This document shows positions 52,048 to 63,937 of a stretch of DNA of 64,000 bases, piece after piece. The DNA is from Eledone cirrhosa (Eukaryota), in NCBI GenBank assembly GCA_964016885.1, contig OZ024755.1, positions 33,666,001 through 33,730,000 of the forward strand, written 5' to 3'. Under the pieces are notes generated by a model, which was not told where the DNA came from, searched no databases, and was given only the letters and a program-made list of their open reading frames with translations. The first letter of the stretch is position 1. Each line of letters begins with the position of its first letter. Position numbers and translations under genes: made by a program.

Positions 52048-52335
52048 AAAAACAACATCTGAATTGAAAATCGAAATTGCATGAATGTGGTCTAAACTAC
52101 CTAAAAATATCAAGATAATCCAGTCGGAGCTTTGGGCTAAATACGACTAAAACCGACAAAGAGTCTTAAGCCAATAGACTTTGAATCACAAATTGCTCCC
52201 CTACAAAAAGACTGCTCTGTTGGACACTGCTCATATACTCGGGACAGTACTGTCTGTCTAAGGTTCTTGTAGAGAGCCAACAGGCACTAAAGAATTAAGG
52301 TATTATCAACTTTACTGTACAAACTGTACATAAAT
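52048..52335 (+). mobile_element. R4/Dong LINE 3' end next to a (TAA/CAA)n tract
   Basis: ELKIEIA*MW...VGALG...QKTALLDTAHILGTVL. Confidence 0.75.
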
Positions 52336-52336
52336 A

Positions 52337-53485
52337 TAATTGTTTCTACTTTTGGCACAAGGCCAGCAATTATCTCAGTGCATTACTGGTACTTTATTTT
52401 ATAGACCCCCGTAATAATTGTTTCTACTTTTGGCACAAGGCCAGCAATTATCCCAGTGCATTACTGGTACTTTATTTTATAGACCCCCGTAATAATTGTT
52501 TCTACTTTTGGCAAAAGGCCAGCAATTATCCCAGTGCATTACTGGTACTTTATTTTATAGACCCCCGTAATAATTGTTTCTACTTTTGGCACAAGGCCAG
52601 CAATTATCCCAGTGCATTACTGGTACTTTATTTTATAGACCCCGTAATAATTGTTTCTACTTTTGGCACAAGGCCAGCAATTAACTCAGTGCATTACTGG
52701 TACTTTATTTTATAGACCCCGTAATAATTGTTTCTACTTTTGGCACAAGGCCAGCAATTATCTCAGTGCATTACTGGTACTTTATTTTATAGACCCCCGT
52801 AATAATTGTTTCTACTTTTGGCACAAGGCCAGCAATTATCCCAGTGCATTACTGGTACTTTATTTTATAGACCCCGTAATAATTGTTTCTACTTTTGGCA
52901 CAAGGCCAGCAATTATCCCAGTGCATTACTGGTACTTTATTTTATAGACCCCCGTAATAATTGTTTCTACTTTTGGCACAAGGCCAGCAATTATCCCAGT
53001 GCATTACTGGTACTTTATTTTATAGACCCCCGTAATAATTGTTTCTACTTTTGGCACAAGGCCAGCAATTATCCCAGTGCATTACTGGTACTTTATTTTA
53101 TAGACACCATAAGGATAAAAGCCAAAGTTGACTTTGGCGGGATTCCTATATAATAGTTTCTGATTTAGGCACAAGATCATCAATTTTAGAGGAGCAGAAG
53201 CGGATTAAATTGACTTGGTATCTATAGAATTGTTTCTACCTTTGGCACAAGGCCACCAATTATCCCAGTGTATTACTGGTACTTTATTTTATAGACCCCC
53301 GTAATAATTGTTTCTACCTTTGGCACAAGGCCAGCAATTATCTCAGTACATTACTGGTACTTTATTTTATCAACCCTATAAGGATGAAAGGCTAAACTAA
53401 CCTGTGCGGGATTTGATCTCAGAACGTAAAGGGCCATAACTCTATGCTACAAAGCATGGCGCCCGACACTCTACCAGTACTGCCA
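52337..53485 (-). repeat. Satellite of the SINE B 3' 77-78 bp (10 tandem copies, plus 2 more at 53228-53485)
   Basis: aataattgtttctacttttggcacaaggccagcaattatcccagtgcattactggtactttattttatagaccccc repeated. Confidence 0.95.
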
Positions 53486-54505
53486 TAAAAGTCAACTTCA
53501 CAGATATCTAAAATTGCTTGCAGAAGAGATGGAACTAATCACTGGAAAACATTACGCCTGGTTCATTTCTGGCTTTATTGCTTAAAGACACAGAATTGCA
53601 AATATATATATATATATATATATATGGTCAAGTAGAACAGGTTTAGTCAATTAGACTGACCCACGTTTATGACAGGTACTAAGTTTCATTAAAGAGTTGA
53701 AATCTGAAGTGGCTCTTATACCGAGACTGTTTGTGCAGTCTGAACCATTTGTCTGCATCAGTTAATATCCATACTAATTCATATTCTTAATCTGCAACTA
53801 CCTTAGAAGGTGTCTCACTTCCAAAAATTTTTCCAAAATTTCAGCATTCTATTGTCTAATCACTCTACAACACCAAAATCACATGAGAAATACAAAACAA
53901 CACAATAACTGCATTACATTAAATATTAAAGTCTTTACTTTAGTTTACTGCAAAATTTTACTACGATCTGTCCACTAGTATATACCATCATCATCATAAT
54001 CATTTAATGTCCATTTTCCACACTAGCATGGGTAGGATGCAAGTTGGAGGACCATGTTTTGCTCACACAAGGCTGATTTTGGCTTGGTTTCTATGGCTGG
54101 ATACCCTTCCTAATGCCAGAAATACAATAAATATTTGAATAGACAAACAGTTTTTTAGCTATTTTCTGCTAAATCCTTATAGGATCATCGTTAACAGGTT
54201 CATCACTGTTTTATATCTGTGTTTTGCTAATTGTGTTGGTCGGATAGTTTTGTTATAGCAGAGAAAGAGTTAATCAAAGAAACAGCCGTGAAATCTTCCT
54301 ACAGCTTGTTTCCTCTAAAGGAAGCCACTAATCACCATCAATTGAGAGAATATCTTACCACACCTCTGTAATGTCTGCATGACCACCTCCAGAAAAGTAA
54401 TGTAGAACTTAATGTAGTGCACAACATGTCAGCATTCCCATTTTCCACGTTGCAGATGAGATTTCTGGTTTCTTGGTAACAGGAATTCTACCAATTTTGC
54501 AATAT

Positions 54506-54711
54506 TTAACCCTTTAGCATTTAAACCGGCCATATCGGGCCAGAATTCTCTCACCTCTTTCTGTTCAAACCAATGTTAAGGTATTGTTCTCAAAATAAAC
54601 AATATCAAAATCTCATTGATTCGATATTATGTGAGATAGTAATGTGAGGTAAAGAGTTTACTGTGAAAATACAATAGTAAATATAGAGTAATGTAAATGT
54701 TAAAGGGTTAA
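54506..54711 (-). mobile_element. piggyBac-type MITE monomer
   Basis: Both TIRs and TTAA present. Confidence 0.9.
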
Positions 54712-55074
54712 TAGTAATATCTATGTTGGCCATATACCTGTTGAAAAAGTCTTCATACTTGCTATTCACTTCATTTCCAAATTCATACAGAATTCTCAAA
54801 AGAAACTCTTAAACTCTCTTTACCTCCAATTTCTCCAGCATGCATAAACAGTTACCCCATGCAAAATCACTTCCAATTACTTCTACTTCGACCACCTATT
54901 CCTGAGAGGGTTGTGGGGGAAGAGTCCTCAAACACTCCTTCCAGCGGGTCCTGTCAGAAGCAACCGTCTCCAATTGATTCGGCTGGATCCCCAAGCGAGA
55001 CCAGCCAAGCATCCGTCTTGCTGGTTGGTTTTGTCCATAAAAATCTGTCCAGCAATTCTTTCCTGAGACATTGT

Positions 55075-55415
55075 AACCACATGCCCATAGTAAATGGAGT
55101 TCTACTGAAGCAGGTAGAGAAGTTCATGTATCTCAGGGCTGAGTTCACGAGTGATGGAAGGCAGGAAGCTAAATTATGTGCAAGAATTGCAAAAGCTGGT
55201 TCAGTCATCGGCCAGCTTCAGCATTCAGTAATCAGAAGGGAGGTAGGTATAAAATCCAAACTCATTACTGTCAATTCGGTTTCCGTGCCAACCCTTACCT
55301 ATGGTCATGAATCTTGAGTAATGATCAAAAGGACACGATCGTGAATACAAGTGACTGAAATGGGTTTTTCCGAAGAGTCTTTGGATTAACATTACCTGAT
55401 AGAGTGCTTAGCTAT
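55075..55415 (+). mobile_element. RTE LINE thumb-region fragment
   Basis: LKQVEKFMYLRAEFTSDGR...ARIAKA...SVPTLTYGHES*. Confidence 0.85.
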
Positions 55416-55881
55416 TGAGACATCACAGCCACGATACTTCAAAATACTTCTAATAAACATGTTGACCTAAATGGCACCCCTTCTACAACCTTCAAAAGGA
55501 ACACTTCAATGTTAGCTTCTACAGTTGCCAAACACTTTAAGTTTTCTCTATCACTAGAGATATAGCTTAATCATTGGAACCACTGTGTTCTACAACTAGA
55601 AAGAAAAACCTCTCTGATTAATACTATTCCCCCCCCCCACCACCACCACTCTTCCTTCCAACATCTCAAAGATGATGAAAATAATCATTAACAATTACTT
55701 CTAACAGTACACTGCATGCACAACCATCAATTCCTAGAACAGTGTCTGTAAAATCATAATGCACAGACACTGTTCTCTCTAGTATCTGTAATAGACATCT
55801 TTGGAAAGATCGTCACAAGGAATGTTGTTAGAACTGAGATTAACAAAGACATTCACTATGTCTTGCATGAGAGCCTCCTAG

Positions 55882-55972
55882 CTAAATAACTTGCATTTGC
55901 ATTTGCATCTGTCCCCGCTGATATAGCAGTGCATTTAAAGCTTCTTGAGAGATAGTCTTTACTTCGTCTTCT
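55882..55972 (-). CDS. Possible terminal coding exon, unknown protein
   Basis: T-rich acceptor ...tttatgttcag| then a-EDEVKTISQEALNALLYQRGQMQMQMQVI*; phase-compatible with a 35-nt AG..GT segment at 59940-59974. Short and unverified. Confidence 0.25.
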
Positions 55973-56114
55973 CTGAACATAAACACAATACAAATAAATC
56001 TTTAAAGTTGCTACAAATGATAAGACACAAAATAAGTGATTATCTTTCATAGTAATCTTACACACGTACACACGTACACACAAACAACACAACACAGCAC
56101 ATTTTCACACGCAC

Positions 56115-56207
<93 letters not shown>

Positions 56208-56210
<3 letters not shown>

Positions 56211-56544
56211 GCACATGTCTTAGTGGTTAGAGCATTGGCTTTGCAATCGAAAGGTTGTGAGTTCAATTCTCAGAGCGGGTGATGTGTTGTTTCCTTGAGC
56301 AAGACACTTTATTTCACATTGCTCCAGTTTACTCAGCTGTAGAAATGAGATGCTAGGGACTGGGGTCCCTATCATTCCACAACAAAGTGGTCGTGGAGGT
56401 GCCATGGCAAAAAAGCACCCAGCACTCACTGTAAATGAGGTTGGTGTTAGGAAGGGCATCCAGCTGTAGAAATCAAGCCAGCATCAGTTCCCGTCCCACC
56501 CTTGCAAGCAGGGAAAAAGTGGACGTAAAATGAAATGATGAATG

Positions 56545-56545
<1 letters not shown>
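56208..56545 (+). mobile_element. SINE family A, full length, between (TA)n tracts
   Basis: Family A consensus. Confidence 0.9.
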
Positions 56546-56622
<77 letters not shown>

Positions 56623-56626
<4 letters not shown>

Positions 56627-56741
56627 GGAAAAGGTATGACCCCGACGGCAGAGCTCAAGCCGTTTCGACGGCTATTTCTAGTCCAGAAATAGCCGTCGAA
56701 ACAGCTTGAGCTCTGCCGTCGGGGTCATACCTTTTCCTATT
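56623..56741. repeat. Near-perfect palindrome, ~57-bp arms, 5-nt loop
   Basis: aataggaaaaggtatgacc...gctatttct agtcc agaaatagc...ggtcataccttttcctatt; one mismatch. Confidence 0.95.
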
Positions 56742-57208
56742 ACCCACTCTACTACCCCAAGTATCAAATACTCTGGTGCGTTATGGTCCATCTGGTTCCT
56801 TACCACAATTCCTTAGTTATATATAGAGAGAGATTTTGAGTATATGTTGGTTGTTTACCGATACTTCAGTATGCAGACTGGAGCACTCGACGAAGTATGC
56901 AGGTTGGTTTGTTTACTCTGGAGTAAATTCCAGTTCCTCAGAGGAATAACAACACAACCAGGAACTGGACATATCGATGGATTGACGGAGTAAAACACAC
57001 CTCAACAACATGTGTAGCTGTCTCTCCCACACCAATTCGGACTGCATGAAGAGGTCACAGCCAATGATGGCTGTCACTGAAATATATATAGCAGTATATC
57101 TATAATTAATAATAAATGAACCCAAATTTTACATATTTGACTTAATTATTTCATATATATATATATATATATAAATAAAATAACAGGAGGGTGGACTGGT
57201 GTAAATCC

Positions 57209-57284
57209 TCGAAAGGTTTATTATACTATGATCATTTCAATGACAGGGTTCCATATGAATCCGGTGATATCATCAGGTATTCGA
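57209..57284 (-). ncRNA. Hammerhead ribozyme, mirror copy in left arm
   Basis: tcatcag at 57270-57276, atgatcat-ttc at 57228-57238. Confidence 0.72.
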
Positions 57285-57429
57285 AATATAACAAAGGAAT
57301 ATGTAAAAACCATGGGTCCGAAAAATCAGAGACAGAGAGGACGACTGACCAACTGTAAAAGTTGGTCAGTCGTCCTCTCTGTCTCTGATTTTTCGGACCC
57401 ATGGTTTTTACATATTCCTTTGTTATATT

Positions 57430-57505
57430 TCGAATACCTGATGATATCACCGGATTCATATGGAACCCGGTCATTGAAATGATCATAGTATAATAAAACT
57501 TTCGA
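57430..57505 (+). ncRNA. Type I hammerhead ribozyme in right arm
   Basis: ucgaauac CUGAUGA [accgg...ccggu] GAA AUGAUCAU A guau-(bulge)-ucga; AUA site at 57487. Confidence 0.78.
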
Positions 57506-57685
57506 GGATTTACACCAGTCCAGCCTCCTGTTATTTTATTTATAATCAACTCCGTATTCGCACCACCAACTACACAAACGAAGACGGGTGAGCTGCACTA
57601 CGTTGAGTACTCTCCACAATATTACACCAAGATTGACCATACGGAATGACCAATTCTATCTAGTGGTGAACCAACAAACCTAAAG

Positions 57686-57716
<31 letters not shown>

Positions 57717-57977
57717 AGTTCTATTTAAATTGTTGGGATACAACAAGCAAATATTTTTATAACTGATATAAAGCACTCAAATATTTGGAGTAAAAATACA
57801 TATATATATATATATATACACACACACATATATATATATGTGTATATATATATATATATATTAATAAAAGAAATTCCAACTTTGTCTGATTTACTCGTTT
57901 TATTTACAATCCTTTAAAATTATAATGATATTATAATGAAATAGTATGGTAGAATATTAAATGTTAAGTGTTAATTT

Positions 57978-58013
57978 AACAAGTACTTTCATGCTTTCGC
58001 AATCTTCAGGTTC
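57978..58013 (-). ncRNA. Minimal hammerhead, mirror copy
   Basis: Reverse complement of 58071-58106. Confidence 0.55.
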
Positions 58014-58070
58014 ATATTCAGTGGTGACAGTCAGTTGAAAATTGCAAACTTGACTGTCACCACTGAATAT

Positions 58071-58106
58071 GAACCTGAAGATTGCGAAAGCATGAAAGTA
58101 CTTGTT
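58071..58106 (+). ncRNA. Minimal hammerhead ribozyme candidate
   Basis: aac CUGAAGA u-ugc-GAAA-gca-u GAA AGUACU U guu; 6-nt palindromic stem III, CUU site, only 3-bp stem I. Confidence 0.55.
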
Positions 58107-58494
58107 AAATTAACACTTAACATTTAATATTCTACCATACTATTTCATTCGAATACCATTATAAATTTTAAAGGATTGTAAATAAAACGAGTAAATCAGA
58201 CAAAGTTGGAATTTCTTTTATTAATATAATCTTCTATACACAATCATACACACCCGTGTATATATATGTGTTAAGTATTTCTGTAGAAAAGGTAAAGGAA
58301 AGAAGAGTGCTCTATGTGTAGTACAGAGCTATTCTATTACATAATAGTAGATATCATTTAAAAAATTTATATCCAAAACATAATTGTTTTGTCTGACAAA
58401 TGAGCTAGATGTTTCTGCATAAATTATCTAGTTTCTCGATACCTTTGGCAATGAAATAATTATATTGTGTTGTTAAACAAAAAATATATACACG

Positions 58495-59345
58495 AATGGT
58501 AAAAATAAATGAACTAAGCGAGAAATTAGGAATAAGAGGGATCAGATGCTGTTTATTTCAGAGAAGACTACGTTGGTATGGTCACGTGATGTGCATGAAA
58601 GACGACAGCTGTATAAAAAAGTGCAGGGCCATCATCAAAATTAATGGAAGTTATGGAGTAGGTAGATCTAGAAAAACCTGGGATGACATGATAAAACCCG
58701 ACCTTGCACACTTACACCTCTCTAAGACAATGTCACTAGATCGAGATCTTTGGTGCCACGCAGTAATACAGAAGACCCGCCTTGCCTATGTACAAAGTTA
58801 ACCTACAGTCAGTAGGCACCTCTTAACCAAATATACAACTCAACCCACTACCCCTACTCCAACCTCCCACTCCCACCAACACCACCCTTTCTCTGTAAAG
58901 TTATGTTGGTAACACAGAACATCTAGTCCACACTAAAGTGGTCATGTAGGTGTCATGACAAAAGAATAAGCAGTCCACACTGTAAAGTGGTCATGTAGGA
59001 GACATGTTAAAAAGGATCCCAGTCCACAATGTAAAGCAGTCATGTAGGAGACATGGTTAAAAGGCTCCCAGTCCAAACTGTAAAGTAGTCATGTAGGAGA
59101 CACTGTAAAAAGGCTCCTGGTCCAGACTGTAAAGTGGTCATGTAGGAGACACGGTAAAAAGGCTCCCAATCCATACTGTAAATGTGGTTGGTGTTAGGAA
59201 GGGCATCCAGCCATAAAAACCTGCCAGATACAGTCCTATATGAGAGAGACACGGTCACCAGACCAATCTTGCCTCAAGTGGGACAATTCCCGTCTAATCC
59301 ATGCTAGTGTGGAAGATAGACGTTAAATGATGATGATGACGATGA
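58495..59345 (+). mobile_element. RTE LINE family B 3' end with ~50-bp tandem repeats in the 3' UTR
   Basis: RRLRWYGHVMCMKDD...GRSRKTW; agtccacactgtaaagtggtcatgtagg x5-6; tail B and (GAT)n. Confidence 0.9.
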
Positions 59346-60763
59346 TTTTGTCAATTTTTCCATGCTGGCATGGGTTAGGTGGGATTTTTGAGGCAATGTT
59401 TTACAGCTGGATGCTCTTCCTGATACTAAATATTTTAGTTGCTTCTTAAGACACGCAGAGACCATCATCATCAATAATGTGTAACGTTGCTAAATAAAAA
59501 AAAAAATTTGTCGATCAACTTTCATGAAATCGGACCGAGGAAACAATGTTTCCATTGGTCTTTCCAATTGCTAATACTGTCTATCAGTCGCAATTCCAGG
59601 TCGAAGGAGCAACATTAAATAAAGTGTCTTGCTCAAGGATATAACGCATCGCCCGGTCCAGGAATCAAACTGACAACCTTACGATTGCAAATCCAGTTCT
59701 CTAACCAATCAAGTTTTGGTCTAAAATATATTTCACCTTACATCAGTTTGAACTTTCTACAAAACTCAAGTGTAAATCACAACAATGTCCTGTCCTCATA
59801 TCTGAAATAAAACCTGTGTCTACAGCTACAGGCATTGGTGATTCTATTTAAAAGTAACCTATTTTGCTTATTGACAATGTTTCGATATCAAAAAGTTTAT
59901 ATTCATAAGTTATCAGATGCTATATTTCCCCCATTTTACCTCTTCTTCTTCATTGCATCAGCCTTCAAAAATAGCTGCAAGGTTCTTACATAATGATGGA
60001 AGTGTTTAATTTAAACATGAATAATTTAAAATGAGATATTTATATCATGGAAGGTGGTCTCAGGCAAATTGATATCAAGAGGATTAATTTTAACACCGAA
60101 CTCTGTCCAGCCAGTATTTATATGTTATTATGTAAACTAGCATAACTGACTATAAGTTCAGCTATGAAGAACACACAATTTTTATTTCTCTGTTGTTCAT
60201 GTGTAGAGATGAGATACAAGACTGTTTCTTTGTTATATGCAATAATTGTATTACACTCAGCATTACAACAGATTTTCATAACATGTACAGAAAATAAAAG
60301 GTAGTCCAAATAAAGTATAATTCCATTTAAAACAGAGGTTCTCAAAGTGGGTGCTACCAACCCCCGGGGGGCATTGAGAAGGTCCAGTTGGGTGCTGGAG
60401 CCTAAGGAGGCAGTGAGGGACAGTAGATATGATATAATAGTATATTGACTATCAAATGATATATTATTATATATAAATATAGTAAAATAGGTGCGTGGCT
60501 GAGTGGTTAGAGAATTGGATTCGCAATCGTGAGGTTGTGATTTCAGTTCCTAGACTGAGCAATGCATTATGTCCTTGAGCAAAACACTTTATTTCATGTT
60601 GCTCCTTCTACCTGGAGTTGTGACCAATAGAGAGTATTAGCAATTGGAAAGACCAATGGAAACATTGTTTCCTCGGTCTGATTTGACGACCTCCACCTTG
60701 TTAAGTGAATGAGGTCTGGGATCTTTGTCGATCAACTATCAATCGATAGTCAAATAAAAAAAT

Positions 60764-61146
60764 CCCGGAGATTTACCCATCTGCATTGTTGAGGCTTCCA
60801 AAACGACCACATTTTTTATTATTCGACAATGCTTCAAGCAAACTTCAATACTCTCTTACCCTTACACCTGAGCCAGGAATTGTTTGCATCCGTAAGGGAA
60901 CTCTTTAACTTTCCCCCTTGGAAAACCCCCTCAGTTGATGGATGCGAAATCCGAAATATAGGGACAATTAAATCCCTCCTAAGGTAACTCTATCTCATGT
61001 TATTATTTTTATTTTTACGCTCTTTCCTACGTTCCTCTACACACTACGTCTCATTCTCTTACATCTCTCTCTTTACCACCGGATTCTGTTACCCGGAGAT
61101 TTACCCATCTGCATTGTTGAGGCTTCCAAAACGACCAAATTTTTTA
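60764..61146. repeat. ~50-bp direct repeats bounding a structured ~275-bp core
   Basis: cccggagatttacccatctgcattgttgaggcttccaaaacgacca at 60764 and 61092. Confidence 0.85.
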
Positions 61147-61220
61147 TGAAATATTTATTTATACATAGTATATATTATATTATTTATTATATATCAATTA
61201 ACGAGTTTATTTATTATATA

Positions 61221-62035
61221 CTAGCAGTAAAGCCCGGCGTTGCTCGGGGTCGCTCAGTAGCTGTGTTAAAGTTACAATGTTAAGTTTCTTTTTTGGCTTA
61301 AAAACTGTAATGTCTACTGTGCAGACTTGCATGTGGTGTTTTTGATTAATATTCCCCCAACCAACAATATGCCTTATGAAGTTAAGAAAACATAACGATA
61401 ACCCGAATGTTATAACAAAAGAGGATGCTGGGGATAAAAACTGCACTGGTTATTTATTAACAAAGATCTAAAATGTAAACACTGCAACGCAGAGAAAAAC
61501 ATTAGCGTAACCAAATTATCAGTTATGTCTGTCTGCACGCCTATATCACCTCTCTGCACGACTGTCTGTCTGCACGCCTGAAATATTTGCTTGTTTTACG
61601 TAGTCTTTAAATAGACTTGTTTTCAAGTAAAAATATTGTTTTAAAATGCTTTTAAATGGAAATGAAGCAAAACGGAAGCTTAGCGTTCGAACTGATGAAT
61701 TTTGCAGGTCAATATTTTGCTGGCTCGACAACTGTTCGTGTATTGTGTTAATGTTATTTTAAATGCTGAGAAAGCCAGCGTAATTTTTTACGTAAGACGC
61801 TCAATGTAAACAGAACAAAGGGAAATAACTGATAACTTACGCTCAAAAATCGATACATTATATTCGATTTCGTCACATAGGGTGGGTCAATTTGAAATAT
61901 TTTTTTTCCGATGTCTTCGCTAGGGCTCAATGTACAAGTATAGCAATTTCGGTGCAATTCCATCAGAGATTCTAAGAGGAGATGTGTGCCAAAAATCGAT
62001 AGACAGACAGACAACCACAGTTTTATATATATAGA
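61221..62035 (-). mobile_element. Non-autonomous Helitron
   Basis: Minus strand: A|TCtatatatataaaa, (GTCT)n, 3' hairpin cccgagc-aac-gccggg, CTAG|T. Confidence 0.85.
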
Positions 62036-62150
62036 TTATTTACAATTTGCATGTAGACAGGTTTCTCTGGAAATAGAGTTGGGGAGTGCTGAGGGTATTA
62101 CATGACTGTATCATCATGTAGGCAGTACAGAGTTATATGATGAGGAAGAT

Positions 62151-62310
62151 TTAGTTGTTATTTCTAGCAGGATGAATGACTTTATATAGACGCTCTCTTA
62201 ACAGTTCTTTGTTTTTGGTGAGAGTGATGTGCTGTTTAGTTCTATACCAGCCAGGATCTAGCAAACCTTTATTCCAGCCAGGAACATATCCTTTGCTAGG
62301 CATAGTATAT
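62151..62310 (-). CDS. Candidate terminal coding exon, unknown protein
   Basis: Acceptor tgttgttttag| then a-YTMPSKGYVPGWNKGLLDPGWYRTKQHITLTKNKELLRERLYKVIHPARNNN*; non-repetitive and protein-like, but no upstream exon identified. Confidence 0.35.
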
Positions 62311-62982
62311 CTAAAACAACATTATCAAATGTGTTCGTCTGTTTTTCTAGAAGGCAGGGTGTGTATTTACATAAATGTGGCTGCTATATCTGGCAGCTTA
62401 TATCTATTCTTATCAACCAATATCAGCTACTCTCAATATTTGTCAACAAATTTATTACAAGCACTGCATTTCTTATTAACAAATGCCTGTGATTCTATTG
62501 CCCAATATACCATATCAAAAGCTATCAATTTACTACAATTGCGTGTCTTTATAAGCTCATCTAACAATCCACAATCCATGTTTTCATTCAATTTTTATCT
62601 TTAAACCTTTATAGACTGTTTACTTGAAATTGCCCTCAGCTCATTCTTCTATTTCTATCCATACTACTTCAGCATAATTTAATTCAACTATTTATGTTTC
62701 TCCCTAAGGTTCATGTTAATATTACATTAATTTGAATGTAACATAAGGGTATCTTTTAAATTTTATTTCCATTTCTTATAATGATCTACAGGAGACAAAC
62801 TTTTTAGTAAGATTATAGCTCAAACAACTTCTGTTAAACACATTGGAATATTATGCAGTTTTATTTCCAGAAATTCCAGTAAATTGAAAGTTGGATATCT
62901 TGGTTGTCTTCATTGTCTAAATCTATTTCCATTCCTAGTCTACAACTGAAAGAATCTTCCTTTTTTATAGATGTTAGCCCGA

Positions 62983-63397
62983 TTAACCCTTTACCATTTA
63001 AACCGGCCATATCCAGCCAGAATGTTGCCACCTATTTCTGATCAAACTGACTGTAAACAGTCACGCATATTGATGTTAAGGTATTGTTCTCAAAATAAAC
63101 AGTATCAAAATCTCGTAGATTCAATATTATGTGAGATAATTATGTGAAATAAAGTGTTTACTGTGAAAATATAATAGTATATATAATTGTTTCTACTTTT
63201 GGGACAAGGCCAGCAATTATCCCAGGGCATTACTGGTACTTTATTTTATCGACCCCGGAAGGATGAAAGGCAAAGTTAACCTTGGCAGGATTTGAACTCA
63301 GATCGTAAAGAGACGTAACTATACTCGAAAGCATGGCGTCTGACCCTCTACCGATACTGCCAATCCACAGTATATAATTTAAATATTAAAGGGTTAA
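62983..63397 (-). mobile_element. piggyBac-type MITE interrupted by SINE B (63185-63368)
   Basis: Both TIRs and TTAA present; agtata(ta)taatt duplicated around the SINE. Confidence 0.85.
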
Positions 63398-63546
63398 GAC
63401 AGAAAATGTATCAAACAAATGATCAAGAGGACTCTTCAGTTATGTCAAAGACACGACAACTTACATAATGTTGCTGTCACAATAAAATGCACCCAATACA
63501 CTCTGTAAAGGGCAGAAATATAAGCAGGAAATTACCCTAACCTAAG

Positions 63547-63700
63547 AGGTCAGTGGCTCAGACTGAATACTGATTTGATCTCAGTAGATCAAACTAAATA
63601 CTGATTTGGTCTCAGTGACTCAGACTAAATACTGATTTGATCTCAGTAGATCAAACTAAATACTGATTTGGTCTCAGTGACTCAGACTAAATACTGATTT
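63547..63700. repeat. 30/60-bp dimeric tandem repeat
   Basis: actaaatactgatttg(a/g)tctcagt units alternate. Confidence 0.85.
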
Positions 63701-63937
63701 CGTCTTTGTCAACCCATTTGACCTTTGCTAGCAGGGAACACAGGTGTTAGATAATGATGATGATGATGAAAATATATATATTTATATTTTTAAAATAAAT
63801 TATTAGGATTGTTTAACTCGATGTTACAGAGTGCTCAACTGGAATTTGAGAGGTATGAAGTTCAATTTTTTATAGAGGCTGTGGGTCACTTTTCCCACCT
63901 ATAAGGGTTTTCTAACCCCATTTTCTAAGCCCTAATT

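Larger units (their letters stand above)
57171..57544. repeat. Near-perfect palindrome, ~183-bp arms, 5-nt loop, in a TA-flanked insert (57173-57687)
   Basis: Arms mirror around gtaaa near 57357 with only a few differences. Confidence 0.97.
57858..58228. repeat. Palindrome, ~175-bp arms, in a TA-flanked insert
   Basis: tatattaataaaagaaattcc...gtgacagtca mirrored by tgactgtcac...ggaatttcttttattaatata. Confidence 0.97.

Noticed and set aside
57228-57549. Twin near-identical ORFs on opposite strands
   Set aside because: A consequence of the palindrome.
60333-60420. hAT/Charlie-like left end (also ~19069-19140)
   Set aside because: No matching right end or TSD found nearby.
61692-61698. CTGATGA in the Helitron (similar bare hits at ~35356, ~39371, ~49364, ~49637, ~56935)
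   Set aside because: No correctly placed GAAA/NUH or stem I pairing.
62176-62604. 142-aa plus-strand ORF
   Set aside because: No recognisable domain; the opposite strand gives a better exon candidate.
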